A stretch of DNA of 64,000 nucleotides from Octopus vulgaris (taxonomy: Eukaryota): contig OX597816.1 of NCBI GenBank assembly GCA_951406725.2, positions 138,198,001-138,262,000 on the forward strand. The letters run 5' to 3'. Within the stretch, counting starts at the first letter, position 1. Each line of letters opens with the position of its first letter. This document shows positions 1-14,281 of the stretch, one piece after another. The notes below the pieces were generated by a model that saw nothing but the letters and a program-made list of their open reading frames with translations, was not told where the DNA came from and searched no databases. The position numbers were made by a program, and so were the translations under genes.

Positions 1-191
1 TTCAGTGAGCGTCAAGCTAATACATTTCGTGTACAAGGCTTCATGCAGACAATCTATCGTATTTTTCATTTATTTAATATTCATTGGAATGTTAAAATCT
101 TGAAGGATGAAGAGGAGGATGTAGTGTCTATAGCAGATTGGTACCTCAGTCTTACTAAACCAAAATTATTATTAATATAGATTCGAATTAT

Positions 192-381
192 AAGACGGTG
201 AGCTGGCAGAATCGTTAGCACGCCGGGCGAAATGCGTAGCCGTATTTCGTCTGCCGATACGTTCAGAGTCCAAATTCCGCCGAGGTCGACTTTACCTTTC
301 GTCTTTCTGGGTCGATAAATTAAGTACCAGTTGCGTACTAGAGTCGATCTAGTCGAGAAGCCCCCTCCTCCAGTAGAAAAG
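192..381 (+). mobile_element. tRNA-derived SINE with Deu/Nin-like central domain (family A), with target-site duplication
   Basis: tRNA-like head gagctggcagaatcgttagc...gagtccaaattcc, then gtcgactttacctttc..gggtcgataaattaagtaccag. Flanked by aatatagattcgaattat (174-191) and aatatagatttgaattat (382-399). Many other copies occur in the window. Confidence 0.8.
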
Positions 382-413
382 AATATAGATTTGAATTATT
401 TGTCTATTTGAAT

Positions 414-454
<41 letters not shown>

Positions 455-563
455 TTTCACGAAACTCCTGGAACTTGAGACACTCTTTTACTTCCGCTGA
501 ATGTCAATATTTGTATTATAGTGCATTGTTGTACCATTCAAAACTTTTATTCTTTATCAATAT

Positions 564-965
564 AGGCGCAGGAGTGGTTGTATGGTAAGTAGCTTGCTTA
601 CCAACCGCATGATTCTGGGTTCAGTCCCACTGCGTGGCACCTTGGTCGAGTGTCTTCTATAGCCTCGGGCCGACCAAAGCCTTGTGAGCGGATTTGGTAG
701 ACGGAAACTGAAAGAAGCCCGTCGTATATGTGTATATATATGTATGTGTATGTGTGTGTAGGTTTGTGTGTCTGTGTTTGCCCCCCCCCACATCGCTTGA
801 CAGCCGATGCTGGTGTGTTTACGTCCCCTTAATCTAGCGGTTCGGTCAAAGACCGAGAGAATATGTACTAGGCTTGCAAAGAATAAATCCTGGGGTCGGT
901 TTGCTCGCGTAAATGTGGTGCTCCAGAGTGGCCGCAGTCAAATGACTGAAACAATTAAAAGAGTG
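564..965 (+). mobile_element. Abundant tRNA/CORE-type SINE (family B), full length
   Basis: Head aggcgcaggagtggttgtatggtaag...gggttcagtcccactgcgtggcaccttgg, an internal (TG/TA) tract, and tail ...ggccgcagtcaaatgactgaaaca. Matches copies at 14081 and 30601. Confidence 0.85.
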
Positions 966-1614
966 AAGAGTATATATATATATATTTACACACATACATA
1001 TATACACAAGTGTATATAATTGTGTGTGTGTTTTGTGCCTGTTGATGTGTATGACTGTATGCATGTGTGCTCGTCTTCGCGTGTATATTTTTCCAAGTCT
1101 CGAGGCACCATGTACCTGGAACCAGATAGTTCTTCTGCATGCCAGAACGTCGTGCAAAGTCATTTTAAAGGAGAGCAAAAATTACCCATGCATACAAATC
1201 CCCCATTCTCCACGCCAAATAAAGTTTTCCCAAGAATGGCAAACGGCCGACACAGCCTGGCACCAGTGCTATGGCAGGCGTTGCCGTCAGACTAATAAAA
1301 GTTGGAACATATACGGCAAGGCATCCTTTATGACGCCCTAACAATTCGGACAATCAACCGCCCTGCACCTGTACTTTAGAAGTGCGCACACACACACACA
1401 CACACAAACAAACAAACAAACACACATGCACACATGCATGCATGCAAGCACACATGCTCACAAGTGCACACGTAAACAAGCACACACATATAAATATGTA
1501 TACAGACATATATACTTATATATATACTTATATGTATATATATATATATACTTACATATTTATATATATTTATACATACACACATATATACGTAGACATA
1601 TATGCATATATATG

Positions 1615-1669
<55 letters not shown>

Positions 1670-2736
1670 TATGTATGCATGTATGTATGTATGTATATAT
1701 ATACATATATACACACACACACACATATATGTATACATATACATATGTGCGCGTATGCGTGCGTGTGTGCGTATGTGTGTCTGTGTGTGTGTGTGTGTGC
1801 GTGTGAGTGTGTGTCTATCATGTCATATCCTATCGTATGCTTGATTCAGTCGAGAGAGCGCCAGTCAGAAATAATTAACCCAGTTATATCTTCTTACCAG
1901 TATTCACTAAGAAATTTCTAATTAAACATTGACACATGAAAGAAGAAGGAACATTTTACACCAAACTAGTGCCGAATGTAAGTTATCAAGTGTAGGCATG
2001 GTGGTCGAAATACAACGCTATTATCTCTGTGATGTCAGTTCAAATCTTATGCAGTCGTTGTGTAATAAAAAAAAAAGATACTTCCCTGTCTGTAGTTTTT
2101 TTATTGTTTTTTGATAACCATTTATCTTTTTTGCTGTTTAGTAAGGGGCAGAGTAGCCCTTATAGGTCTAGGTTTTGTTGGTGTTTGAAATCTAGTAGAA
2201 AAGCAGGATACATTTCATGTTCATCTTAAACATCCTTGTTCTCCTCCTCCTCCTCCTCCTTCTCATCATCAACATCCTCAGCCTCAACCACTTAATCATC
2301 AACATCATCGTCTTCCTCCTCCTCATCATCAAAATCGCGCCTTCCCCCTCATCATCATCATCATCATCATCATCGACATCATTATCGTTATCATCATCAT
2401 CATCATTATCATCATCATTATCTTCTACATCATCATCATCATCATCGTCGTCGTCGTCAGCACATTGAATACCACAGGTCACTTTAATGCTCTACATATT
2501 TGCCTACGGGTTTCCACACGACTGAGATTCGATCCCTTCAACGGTGGCTACTGGGTCATGGCGGGATTTTGGACTAAGATTACGAAACCTCGGAAGAATT
2601 GCTTGCAAAGCATCTTCTGCAGCTCACTGAGGATTTTCGCAGCCTACACTCCTTCCTCGACCGATGACGCGATTTGAACTCGGAACGCAAAAAAGGCAAA
2701 ACACATACTGACGCGCCATCAATACTGAGTGAAGTC

Positions 2737-2900
2737 GCATGCCTTAGTGGTTGGGGCGTTGCGTTCGCGATCATAGGATGGTAGTTTCGATCCCCGGTCT
2801 GGGTGCTACGTTATGTTTTTGAGCAAAACGCTTTAATTTCTGTCGCTCTAATCAACTCGTCTGTGTATGGGTTAACTCAGCGACGGACTCGCATCTCGTT
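2737..2900 (+). mobile_element. Decayed tRNA-CORE SINE (family C)
   Basis: A-box-like ccttagtggtt, B-box-like gtttcgatccc, then ttgagcaaaacgc. Homologous decayed copies at about 3700-3925(-), 4590-4770(+), 5200-5365(-), 13400-13580(-), 33100-33305(-) and 56115-56440(+). Confidence 0.6.
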
Positions 2901-3010
2901 CATAATGATTGTTGTGATGTCGGTCGCTAATCCCTTATGGAATTCAGGTAACCGGCCATATGATTTCTAGGTCACGAAGCAGTAATGTCAAGGGTTGGAA
3001 TTGATGAGGA

Positions 3011-3196
3011 TGTTAGTGGTGGTGATGATGATGATGATGACGACGATGATGATGATGATCGTGGTGATGATGATGATAAAGATGATAATGATGATGAAGA
3101 TGATGATGATAATGATGATGATGATGACGATAATGATGATTATGATGATGGTGGTAGTGATGATGATGATGACAACGACGACGATGATGATGATCG

Positions 3197-3248
<52 letters not shown>

Positions 3249-3310
3249 GATGGTGTTGATGATGATGACGATGATGATAATAAGGATGATGTTGATGATG
3301 ATGACAATGG
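3011..3310. repeat. Imperfect (GAT)n microsatellite
   Basis: Directly visible; it produces the poly-D/M/H ORFs. Confidence 0.95.
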
Positions 3311-3336
3311 TGAAGGAAACAAAAACCGTGAATTCG

Positions 3337-3386
<50 letters not shown>

Positions 3387-4799
3387 TGGTTTCGTCTGAA
3401 GAAAAGGAAATGAATATAAACAGTAGCATCATGGCATGGTCAGAAGGAAGGGGAAATACCCTTGAACTTTTGTTAGACCTTCTGATACTGGTGAGATTGA
3501 TACGATTAATGTTTGTTTAGATTCAAAATCTGCATGATGAGATCTACCAGAAGGTCAACGTGCCAGAGGAGAAAACATTTGGAAGAACGCTTGGTTTGGT
3601 GAGATATAGCTTGGGTGATGGAAACTGAGAGAGGTGAGAGTCTGTGGTAGGTGTTGGCGGAGATGATAAACAACGTGGTAATTCGGAGAAGCAGTAAGTA
3701 CTGTTTCGAGTCTTAGGGTTCAAAGTGACCAAGGCCACAACATTTCCCTTAGGACGGAACACCAATCCGTCCCAAGGTTACTCATTTAGAGCTGAGCAGG
3801 TTTGGATCGACGTAAAATAAAGAGTTTTGCTCAAGAAAGAACGAAAGAAAGAAACGTGCCGCTGCGCGAATCGAAACCATGCTCTGGCGATAGCGAGTAC
3901 AATACTCTAACCACTAAGCCACGTTCCTTCGGCAACCAGAGAGGCAGACGCTGTTGCAGTTTCAACAGACAAAACAGACTGAGAAGGCAATGAACGTGGT
4001 TTATGATGAGAGTAGGTCCAGTCATGAAAATTTCATATTGTTACGACTATGTTATCTATTATGCCTTCCTATTTCTAACCTAATAGGTTGTAATCTAAGG
4101 GAGATTTAGCTGCTATTTTTACTGGACAAGTGATTATATAATTGACGGTTACGTTAGTTATTGTCTAAGTTGGAATATAGAGAATATATATAACGAAGAT
4201 ACATTATTAAAACTGAGAAATGACAAAGATTTCAAGGGGTCATTAATGCCGAAATGATAATGCACTAAACTAATTGTTAGACAATATTTCATATTCTGCA
4301 ATCCAATTAAAAATCTTTTTAGAAATAACTTTGGCCCAAGCAGCGGATATACAATATGATAGATAAAGAGACAACGATCTACTCTCTGTTACTATAAGTT
4401 GGTATTCTATCTTAAAATGCACAGTAAACATTTCTGATTGGTATACGAGCGACATCATTCATTCATTCATCCCCCGACGTGGTTGAACAGCCAATCCCAA
4501 CCAGTCGGGGTTCACAATACGACCGACACGAGCACCTCTCAACCGTGGTGCTTGATTCAGTCTATTAAGGTTTAGGAATGTATATAGAAGCGGGGCGTGG
4601 CTTAATGGTTATGCTGTTGGACGCATGATCGGGAGAGTGTGGTTTCGAGTGCTGAACAGGACGGTGGATTGTGTTCTTGAGCAAAACATTTCATTTCGCG
4701 TTGCTCTAGTTTGCTCAGCGACCAAACAATGAGTAATATTAGTGACCCAGGAAAGTCACCCAAACGGAGGCTTCGTAAATTAGGTTTTGTATTCAGCAC

Positions 4800-4862
4800 A
4801 CCCTTGAACTTTTGTCAGATCTTCTGACACTAGTGAGATTAATATGTGTATATGGACGTATA

Positions 4863-4935
<73 letters not shown>

Positions 4936-4940
4936 GCGTG

Positions 4941-4972
<32 letters not shown>

Positions 4973-5036
4973 TATACGTCCATATACACATATTAATCTC
5001 ACTAGTGTCAGAAGGTCTGACAAAAGTTCAAGGGTA
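4800..5036. repeat. Inverted repeat (~75-bp arms) centred on a TA/CA microsatellite
   Basis: acccttgaacttttgtcagatcttctgacactagtgagattaatatgtgtatatggacgta is mirrored by tacgtccatatacacatattaatctcactagtgtcagaaggtctgacaaaagttcaagggt with one mismatch. Confidence 0.95.
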
Positions 5037-5138
5037 TTTCCCCTTTTCTGGCTAAGACATGACATTATTGTTCATAGCCACTTCCCTTCTGACGAAACCA
5101 TGACATTACATGTTTGTGCATATGCATGCGTATACGTG

Positions 5139-5173
<35 letters not shown>

Positions 5174-5878
5174 ACGTGTGTGTACATACACGCTGAATAC
5201 AAGGTCACCGTTCGGGTGACTTCCATTGTTTGCCAGCTGAGTGAATTAGTATAACGTGAAATGAAAGTATTTCTACTCAAGAACATAACGCATCACCCAC
5301 TCCTGGAATCGAAACCAATATCTGACGATCATGAGTCCAACATCCTACTACTAAGTCACGCCTCTCTGCTACATACTTTCATAAACCTTAATAGATTATG
5401 TATCTTGTGTTAAGCACTCACTATAATATCCTATAAATATTTAGTTTAACTATAATAGTGTGCAAGTATTCACTGGACAGTGTGATTGACAACGACCAGC
5501 CGCAGGATGTATCTTCGAAACTTGACCAAGTTTTATAACCGATCATTCCTCAAAAAAAATGCATAAATAAATAAAACACAACAAAACCAAATAAAATTAA
5601 TAATTTACCAGAGACACTATAACAATATGCGCAATTAATGATATGTTAGATATATTGAGGGAAGAAAGTGCAGTCCTAGCACTTACAAACTAAACAGACA
5701 GATACTGGATATCGGAGTCTATCGTATTTTTAACTACGCACTTTTTTTTCCTGGGGAAGGATTCAACAATTTTAGGGAGTTGCATAATCTCAAGATGGCA
5801 ATTAAAGAATGGCAATAAAACAATACATACATACACACATACATATACACACACACAAATATATACATACATAAATAC

Positions 5879-5921
<43 letters not shown>

Positions 5922-5926
5922 TATAT

Positions 5927-6240
5927 ATACGACAGGCTCTTTCAGTTTCCGTCTACCAAATCCACTCATAAGCCTTTGTCAGCTCGAGGCTGTAGTAGAA
6001 AACACTTGCCCAAGGGCCACGTAGTGGAACTGAACCCAAAACCATGTGGTTGGGAAGCAAGCTTCTTACCACACAGCCGCTCTTGTGCTTTTATATAAAT
6101 ACGACGAGCTTCTTTCAGTTTCCATCTAGCAAGTCCATTCACAAGACTTTGGTTAGCCTGAGATTATACCAGAAGATACACGCCGTGGATCTGAAACCGG
6201 AACCATGTGCTTGAAAAGCAAATCTCTCGCTACAAATCAC
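5927..6240 (-). mobile_element. Two tandem 5' halves of SINE family B
   Basis: ctttcagtttccgtctaccaaatccactc...cttaccacacagccgctcttgtgc, followed by a more decayed second copy from about 6100. Confidence 0.75.
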
Positions 6241-6323
6241 AGATACATCTATTATACACACACACACACACATATTCACATATATCAGTGCATGGAGATG
6301 TGTGTGTGTGTGTGCGTGCGTGC

Positions 6324-6356
<33 letters not shown>

Positions 6357-6603
6357 TATGTATTACTTCAAGCCACTGAAATACGAAATATCTACGTACT
6401 ACACCAGATCATTATGGCGGTCTGATAAGTCACGTGGATTTCTCGCGTAAGGAAACTGCTGGGAACCGTCTCTATTAGTTTCATCACTTCAAATCAAATA
6501 AATGCTCGACTTTACGGCATTGAGTACTGCTTCTTCAGCTTGATGCTACATAACCACTAACACCACTAATAGTGCAACTACAACAATAACAACAACAACA
6601 ATA

Positions 6604-6638
<35 letters not shown>

Positions 6639-6731
6639 ATACATGCATATATATGCGTGTGTGTGGGTGGGTGTGAGTAGGTGTATGCGTGTATATATAT
6701 ATATGCAAACATATATACATATATATATATA

Positions 6732-7105
6732 TCTCTCTATATATAAACGGCAGTTTGTCTGTGTGTGTTTCTGTGTGTCTGTTAGCTTGTACCCTCACCC
6801 TGACCACGGCTTTCAACCGATTCTGATGAAACTTGACACACACATAGCCCAATGTCATAATTCAAAACTAACGCAGCGGAAATTTTGAAAAGTTCCCCCA
6901 GTTCTGAAAAAAATCGATAAATTCGACATGGGGTAGAGAATCAGAAACACAAACCACAGACTGTCTTGGGGACGCAACTCGACCTTTTTAACTAAAAAAA
7001 AAAATTTACCATAATTTTTTTTCCATTTTTTTGGCTATAACTCTCTAAAAATGCTTTATAGTTATTTCCCTTACAAACCCGAGCAACGCCGGGCGATACT
7101 GCTAG
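6732..7105 (+). mobile_element. Non-autonomous Helitron
   Basis: 5' TCTCTCTATATATAAA start, 3' hairpin cccgagcaacgccggg (7078-7093), then CTAG at 7102-7105. Inserted between A and T with no TSD. Confidence 0.8.
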
Positions 7106-7246
7106 TATGTATATATATATACATATATATGTGTATATATATGTGTGTGTGTGGATATACATATATATATGTGTGTGTATGTATGTATGCATACGTACAT
7201 GCATGTATTGTGTGTGCAACAACTACAACAATAACAATAACAACAG

Positions 7247-7283
<37 letters not shown>

Positions 7284-7716
7284 AACAACAACTACTACTT
7301 CTGCATACACACATACATGCATATATATGTGCATATATATGCGTGTGTGTGTGGGTGGGTGTGAGTAGGTATATGTGTGTGTGTGTATATATATATGCAT
7401 ACATATATACATACATATATATGTATATATATATATATATATATATGTGTGTATATATATGTGTGTGTATACATACATATGTATAGGTGTGTATGTATGT
7501 GTGCATGCATGCATTGTATGTATGTATGTATGTATGTATGTATGTATGTATGTATGTATGTATGTATGAATGTATGTATGTATGTATGTTTGAGTGTGTG
7601 TTCGCTTCTGTGTGTATACATGCCACGCATGATCACACACACCTCACTCATACTGAAAAAAAATCATCCGTATCGATGAATATGTACACATATATAATCA
7701 ATCATGTATGTATTTA

Positions 7717-7751
<35 letters not shown>

Positions 7752-7822
7752 GTATGTATATATTTATATTTATACATATTTGTGTGTATATATATTTATA
7801 TATACATTAGTGTTTAAGTATC

Positions 7823-7871
<49 letters not shown>

Positions 7872-8180
7872 GTGTTTGTGTGTATATTTATATATTTATA
7901 TATACATGTATATATGTGTGTATGTGTATGTATGTATGTATATATATATATATGTGTATATGTGTGTGTTTGTGTGTATGTGTATTTATATATATTTGTG
8001 TATGTATGTATGTACATATATATTTTTTTTTCTGGGTATATGTACTTATATACATACATGTGTGTGTATGGGGGGGTGCGTGTGCGTATCTATTTATACG
8101 CACATATACATAATATCAATCCATTTGCCCTCTACAATATTTATTCACAAGCAATGACTGTCACAGTCACACATATAACT

Positions 8181-8245
<65 letters not shown>

Positions 8246-8309
8246 TGTATGTATGTATGTATGTATGTATGTATGTATTTATGTATGTATGTATGTATGT
8301 ATAGCGCAC

Positions 8310-8389
8310 CATAGTTAGCCGCTGTCCATATTTCAGCAATGGAGAGTGAGTAAATAGCGGAGTTGAGTTGAATGAAACACACAAAGAAG
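8310..8389 (-). CDS. Weak candidate internal exon of an unidentified host gene
   Basis: ctctttatag acceptor and gtgcgc donor. Open frame FFVCFIQLNSAIYSLSIAEIWTAANY, phase-compatible with candidate exon 12353-12507. Confidence 0.15.
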
Positions 8390-8934
8390 CTATAAAGAGT
8401 TAGTGGCAACACTGCGACATATATGGCTGTTCTCTAGCTATTATCTCTCCATCTGGATGACAACTATGATTTATTGCACTTGTAAATAATTGCTGCGCAA
8501 TAACTTTGCCTTTCACAAGCTTTATCGCTTCCGTACTTGGCGGCTTCGTCTTCCTTCTCACCAGCCACCAACTACCACAACGACAACCATCGCCACCGAC
8601 GGCGTTACAGCCGCCGCCGATGGCGACGACGACGGCTGTCCCCCCACCGTCGACGTCGCGAACACCAACATCACAACGGTCGGCGAAGATAAAAAAAACA
8701 AAAGAAGAAAAACGTAACCACAACCGACACTACTGCGATCATCATCACCATCGTCGTCATTATCATCATTTTCACCATCATCGTCATTTCCCCGTCCTCC
8801 TCCTTATCATCATCATTACAATCACCATCACCGTCTTCACAATTTTCTTCTCCCTCATCATCATTATTATCATCATAATCATCGTCATCGTCATAATCAG
8901 CAGCAACTGCATCAGCATCATCGTCGTCGTCGTT

Positions 8935-8966
<32 letters not shown>

Positions 8967-8975
8967 ATTCATCAA

Positions 8976-9017
<42 letters not shown>

Positions 9018-9402
9018 ATTCATCAACATCATCATCAGCATCATCATCGTCGTCGTCGTCGACATCATCATCATCATCATCATCATCATCGTCGCCATCA
9101 CATCATCATCATCTTCAGCCGCAGCAGCAGAATTAATATGGGCGCTGCTGCTACTGCTCCCACTGCCTCTGCTGCCACTGCCCCGGCTTCCACTGCTGCC
9201 ACTGCTGCTGCTGCTGCTGCTGTAATTCTAAGTTTTACTTCTGTCGATTCGGCTTTTAATACAAAACTTCCTTTTAAATATCCGTCTTCATCAAACTTAA
9301 TGCCCAACTTGCCATGCATATTCATGTATACATCTCTCCTCCCCTCTCTCTCTGTATGTGTGGGCGTGTGTATGTGAGTGTGTATATGTGTATACATGCA
9401 TG

Positions 9403-9435
<33 letters not shown>

Positions 9436-10045
9436 ATTTATGTATGTATATATATATACATATTAAGCATGTAATTCATGCAAGCATTCACGCATACAGA
9501 ACACGGTTGTAACGAAAATAAGAGTGTAATGAAAGCGCCATCTTGTAATCCTGTTTCACTCTTTTCTCTGCTTCAAATATGACCCTACAGCTGTATTTTT
9601 CAATTTATTTCAAGTATTTCTAGTATATTCCAAGCGCATCATATGACACAAGGATTTTAGAATGCCGGCTGGATTATTTATGACGTACGCAATCACGTGT
9701 AGCATGTTTATTGACAAACATGTCTAGACTGTTTCGTTTCGGCTGCACTGGTCTGTGTTGCCGAAGTGTAACATGACATGACTGAAAGTTCGCGTGTATG
9801 TTTGTGCGTGTTTGTGTGTGTGTGTGTATGTATGTGTGTGTGTGTGTGTGTGTCTGTGTGTGTGTACTTATGTGTGTGTACGTGTGTGTGTGTACGTATG
9901 TACGAATGTGTGTGTACTTGTGTACGTATGTGTGTGTTAGTACGTGTGTGTGTATGTATATACATATTATGCATGTAGTTCATGCTAGCAATTATATATA
10001 CACATACGGTTGTAACGAAAATATGTAAGTATCTATATATATATA

Positions 10046-11265
10046 TCAGGTTGAGTAAAACGTAAAGAAATATTTTGAACCATGTATGATTTGTACCGGA
10101 TTCTTGTAGAGTTTTGAATTTTTTAAAAACATTTCTTTGCAATTGTCTGATAATACATACACACACTTGTCTAAATGGATAAATGAATTAACATTGATTT
10201 TTTTTCACTGTTGTTACAATCTGTTAAAGCGCAATATTCGAGCAATTTTCCTATTCAACTTTAAAAAGGACGTAAAGCAGCGGATACTTGCTCGCGATAT
10301 TAACGAAACGTTTGGTGAGGAAGGGTCAGCTCTAAATTCTTTTTAACAATTTCACAGTGGAGAGCTGAGCCTTGAAGATCTTTAGCATAGTGGACGCTCA
10401 TCTGTCATCGACGACGGTCAATCAAAGACGGTTATTGAGAAAGATTCACTCGAGAACTGGCAAAAGAACTTCAGTTTAATCAGAAAACTACATGAAACAA
10501 TTTGTATGCGATCAGAGAATCAAAAAAGCTCGACAAATGGGTGCCACACGATTTGAATGAAAATCAGACAATTCGCAGGTATGAAATGTGCCCGCCGCTT
10601 CTTCTCCGTAAACAGACCGATCCGCTTCTCGACCGTATTGTAACTTGCTATGAAAAGTGGATTCTGTACAATAATAAAAAAACGTTTTTGGCAGTGATTG
10701 GACCAAAATGAAGCACCGAAAACCTTCTCTAAACCCGAGCTTATCAAAAAGAAGATTACATTGACTGTTTGGTGGTGTACTGCTGGATTCATCCACTATA
10801 ACTTCTTAAAACCCGGAAAAACCATTACTTAAAAAACATATTGCCATGAAATTGCCAAAATGAACGAAAACCTGCTACTCCTCCGTCCCAGACTGGTCAA
10901 TAAAAGACGGCCAATCATTCTTCATGACAATGCTCGACACACGTTTCACTTATGACGCTTTAGAAGTTGAGGAGACTTGGCTAGGAAGTACTTCCCCACC
11001 CAGCTTTTTCCCCAGACCTTTCTCCTACCGACTACCACTTTTTTCAAGCACTGTCATGGATTTCTGCAAGAGAACGAGTTCAAAAATCAAACCGATGCTG
11101 AAAGTGCATACAAAGAGTCCATCAGATCCAGGCAGAACTCCAGATTTTTATGTTACCGGAATAAACAAACTTGTAACTCGTTAGCAAAAATGCGTTGATT
11201 GTAATGGTACTTACTTTAATGAATAAAAAAAGTAATGTGCATTTTTACGTTACATTCGACAAACC
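10046..11265 (+). mobile_element. Decayed mariner (DD34D-type) transposon, transposase pseudogene
   Basis: KWVPHDL (WVPHEL motif), RIVTCYEKWILYNN, IILHDNAR and PDLSPTDYH spread over several frames. Starts at TA-caggttgagtaaaacgtaa; the right TIR is degenerate. Confidence 0.85.
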
Positions 11266-11330
11266 CCTCGTTTAAGTCTGTGGGAACACACACACACATA
11301 AATATACATTCTCATTGCTCGATATTTAAG

Positions 11331-11437
<107 letters not shown>

Positions 11438-11468
11438 ACATGTATATATATACATATACATTATATAT

Positions 11469-11514
<46 letters not shown>

Positions 11515-11919
11515 ATCACTTGACCGACCAGACCATCAGATGTTGTTACACATCGCTGGTCACAATGCGTTCGCATTGTTTTAGCCTTCGAATGACGCCA
11601 CCCCGCTGGCTAAGCGAGCAGGCCAATATATATATATATATATATATAATAACTAAATAATATATAATATATATATATACATGCATATATATTTTCGGGA
11701 CTACTTTATTTGAATTTTTACTATCGAGTAACTAATTTTATGTTATTACATAAATGACTTCACAATTTGGGTATTCATAACTTATTGGGAATTCCTATAA
11801 ACAAGATCCTATGTAAGAAAGTTTGGTATTCTCTGTAAATGCACAAAAACCGTTTTAAGGGCTACATACTTTGTATTGTTGTTATTGCATTAGTGAAACA
11901 ATTATGAGATCGTAACCAA

Positions 11920-11964
11920 GGAGTAAGTCCCGCTTTCCTGGGATTCACCGGATACGTCATCTAG
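11920..11964 (+). mobile_element. Possible Helitron 3' end
   Basis: Imperfect hairpin tcctgggattcaccgga followed 8 nt later by CTAG-T. The 5' end was not identified. Confidence 0.35.
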
Positions 11965-11976
11965 TATATATATAAA

Positions 11977-12032
<56 letters not shown>

Positions 12033-12352
12033 TTACACATACACACATATCTATGAGCTTGCCTAACTCTATATGTGTGTATACATCAGTGCCATAGTTG
12101 CTTCTATTTAATCTACTCAATAACTAAATGCAGAAGCAAACTGCCGAAGAAGTGATGTTTTATTGCAGAAAAGAACTGATTTTCCGGAAAATATTGTCTG
12201 TGAATGTTTGGAATCTTCAATATTTAGTTAGCTGACGGTGCCATACAGTTAGTTGCAACTAAACAATAATGACAGTTTTGCATAATGTTGCATTTCACTG
12301 AGGTTATGTGAGCAGTTGTTCGTATTTTCTGTCAATTAGCTTGCGCACTCAC

Positions 12353-12507
12353 TAAATTACTGAGTTCAGTTCGTCCGAGATATGACCTAAATTGTCTTCT
12401 CCTTGGATGGTCACAGACACTAAAGCTAGCATGGTAATGGGAATGGTGGTGGTGGCGGCGTTGGCTTTGGTGGTTACGGGAGGTAGGGGGAAGGACAAAA
12501 TGGCTGC
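12353..12507 (-). CDS. Candidate internal exon (possibly GAF-like segment)
   Basis: Long AG-free pyrimidine-rich stretch ending ttcag and a gtgagt donor. Open frame AAILSFPLPPVTTKANAATTTIPITMLALVSVTIQGEDNLGHISDELNSVI. Confidence 0.3.
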
Positions 12508-12781
12508 CTGAAGTAGTAGTGGTAATGGTGGTGAGAATGTTTTGAGCGAAAGAAAGAGGAAGATGATTTGGTTGCAAGATAGGGAGAGAAAGAGAAAGAT
12601 AGATAGACAGAGAGAGAGAGAGAGAGAGAGAGAGTGAGAGAGAGAGGCAGATGAGAAATGAGAGAGGAATAAAAATTAAAAAGACTGAAGCAGTGGCATT
12701 GTTTGCGTGTGTGTGTGTATATATATATATACATACATACATACATGCATACATACATACATACATACATACATACATACA

Positions 12782-12813
<32 letters not shown>

Positions 12814-13774
12814 ACGAACGTGGCTAGACGCAATATCAAACCGAAAAGGAAAGATTTAATTGTCACTAATAGTGACTGAGCGTGCAGGGTAGAACCTAGA
12901 CTGCTAGAAACAAGTGTCGAAGACCATTATAGCCACAGGAATCACAATGTTTATGTAATGACGTGGGAGATAACTACCTAACAACGTGCATATATATGTG
13001 TGTGTGTATTATGTGTGCGTGTGTGTGTGTGTGTATTATGTGTGCGTGTGTGTGCGTGCGTGCGTGTATGTATATATATATGTGTGTGTATGTGTGAATG
13101 TGAGAATGAGCGTACAAGAAAGAATCTAAGAAGCGAGAGAGGCGATTTGGAAGAAATCATCTCACATAGACAAAAAATATATATAAAATAAATAAAACCT
13201 GAAATTTAGCGGAGGGGTATTTCTTGATTATTACTTTATTTCGATAGAATTTGAACTCAGAATGTAATGAGTCGGATCAAATAATGCAGGGCATGGTGTC
13301 CGAGAGTCTTAACGATTCTGCCAATGCAGCACCTTAATGCATGTCTTTTGTCTAGAGCCACATGATTCAAAGAGTCGGCTTCCCGGTGTCCTATGGTACG
13401 TAAATGATCAAGTCCAGAAACATACTCCCTGAACGGTTATTTATTTATAGCTGAGTAGACTGGAGCAAGGTAAAAAGAAATGTCAGGATCAATACCACAA
13501 TGCACCGACACGTCAGGGAATCGAAACCCCTATCTTGTGATTGTCTACGCAACGCCCTAACTACCGACCACGCGCCTTCACTACGCCTTTATGTTGGAGA
13601 AATTCTTTTTCATCTCTCTGGTCAGTAAGTGTTATTTCTTATTTGTTTCTATCTAGAAATCAAAGGAAATGACTACTGTTCCCTTCAAACTTGTAACCTG
13701 GACATCAATGCTTTATAATCGATTTATTTTCCATTACATTTCAGACAGATTCAGCACTGAGTTGCTGAAGCAAA

Positions 13775-13952
13775 AATATCGCTATAGCAAATATTCTGCT
13801 CCATATCACAGATCTGCTTGTCAGTTGCTTAACCTTAACCACTTGAGCATGTTCCTTAGTGGCTGACAATATGTGCATCTCTGATCATGAGCAGGAGTAG
13901 TGGGGGAGCATCATAACCATGTGTTGAGAGGGATCTTAAGGGTTTGAATAAA
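13775..13952 (+). mobile_element. Internal fragment of the ~555-bp TAA-associated element (opposite orientation to the other copies)
   Basis: Reverse complement of part of 20764-21319, e.g. cttagtggctgacaatatgtgcatctctgatcatgagcaggagtagtgggggagcatcat. Confidence 0.85.
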
Positions 13953-14080
13953 TGTAACAAAAGCAAAGTTAGAAGGAAGTATTAGTCATTTTTCATACTT
14001 TCTAGGGGTAAGCAAATAGGAAATAACAGTTGTTATTCAAGGACAAAAATCGTGTTACACAGTGTAATAGATTCTTATAT

Positions 14081-14250
14081 AGGCGCAGGAGTGGCTGTGT
14101 GGTAAGTAGCTTGCTAACCAACCACATGGTTGCGGGTTCAGTCCCACTGCGTGGCATCTTGGGCAAGTCTCTTCTGCTATAGCCTCGGGCCGACCAATGC
14201 CTTGTGAGTGGATTTGGTAGACGGAAACTGAAAGAAGCCTATCGTATATG

Positions 14251-14281
<31 letters not shown>

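Noticed and set aside
1376-1921. Long ORFs rich in YI/HT/CV/MYVC, and all similar ORFs across the window
   Set aside because: They are translations of TA, CA and TATG microsatellites, which lack stop codons.
5040-5058. Similarity to the U2 snRNA 5' end (ccttttctggctaaga)
   Set aside because: Short gapped match with no continuation; likely chance.
8506-9225. 239-aa ORF with poly-I/poly-L resembling a membrane protein
   Set aside because: Made of CAT/CTG trinucleotide repeats with no domain signal.
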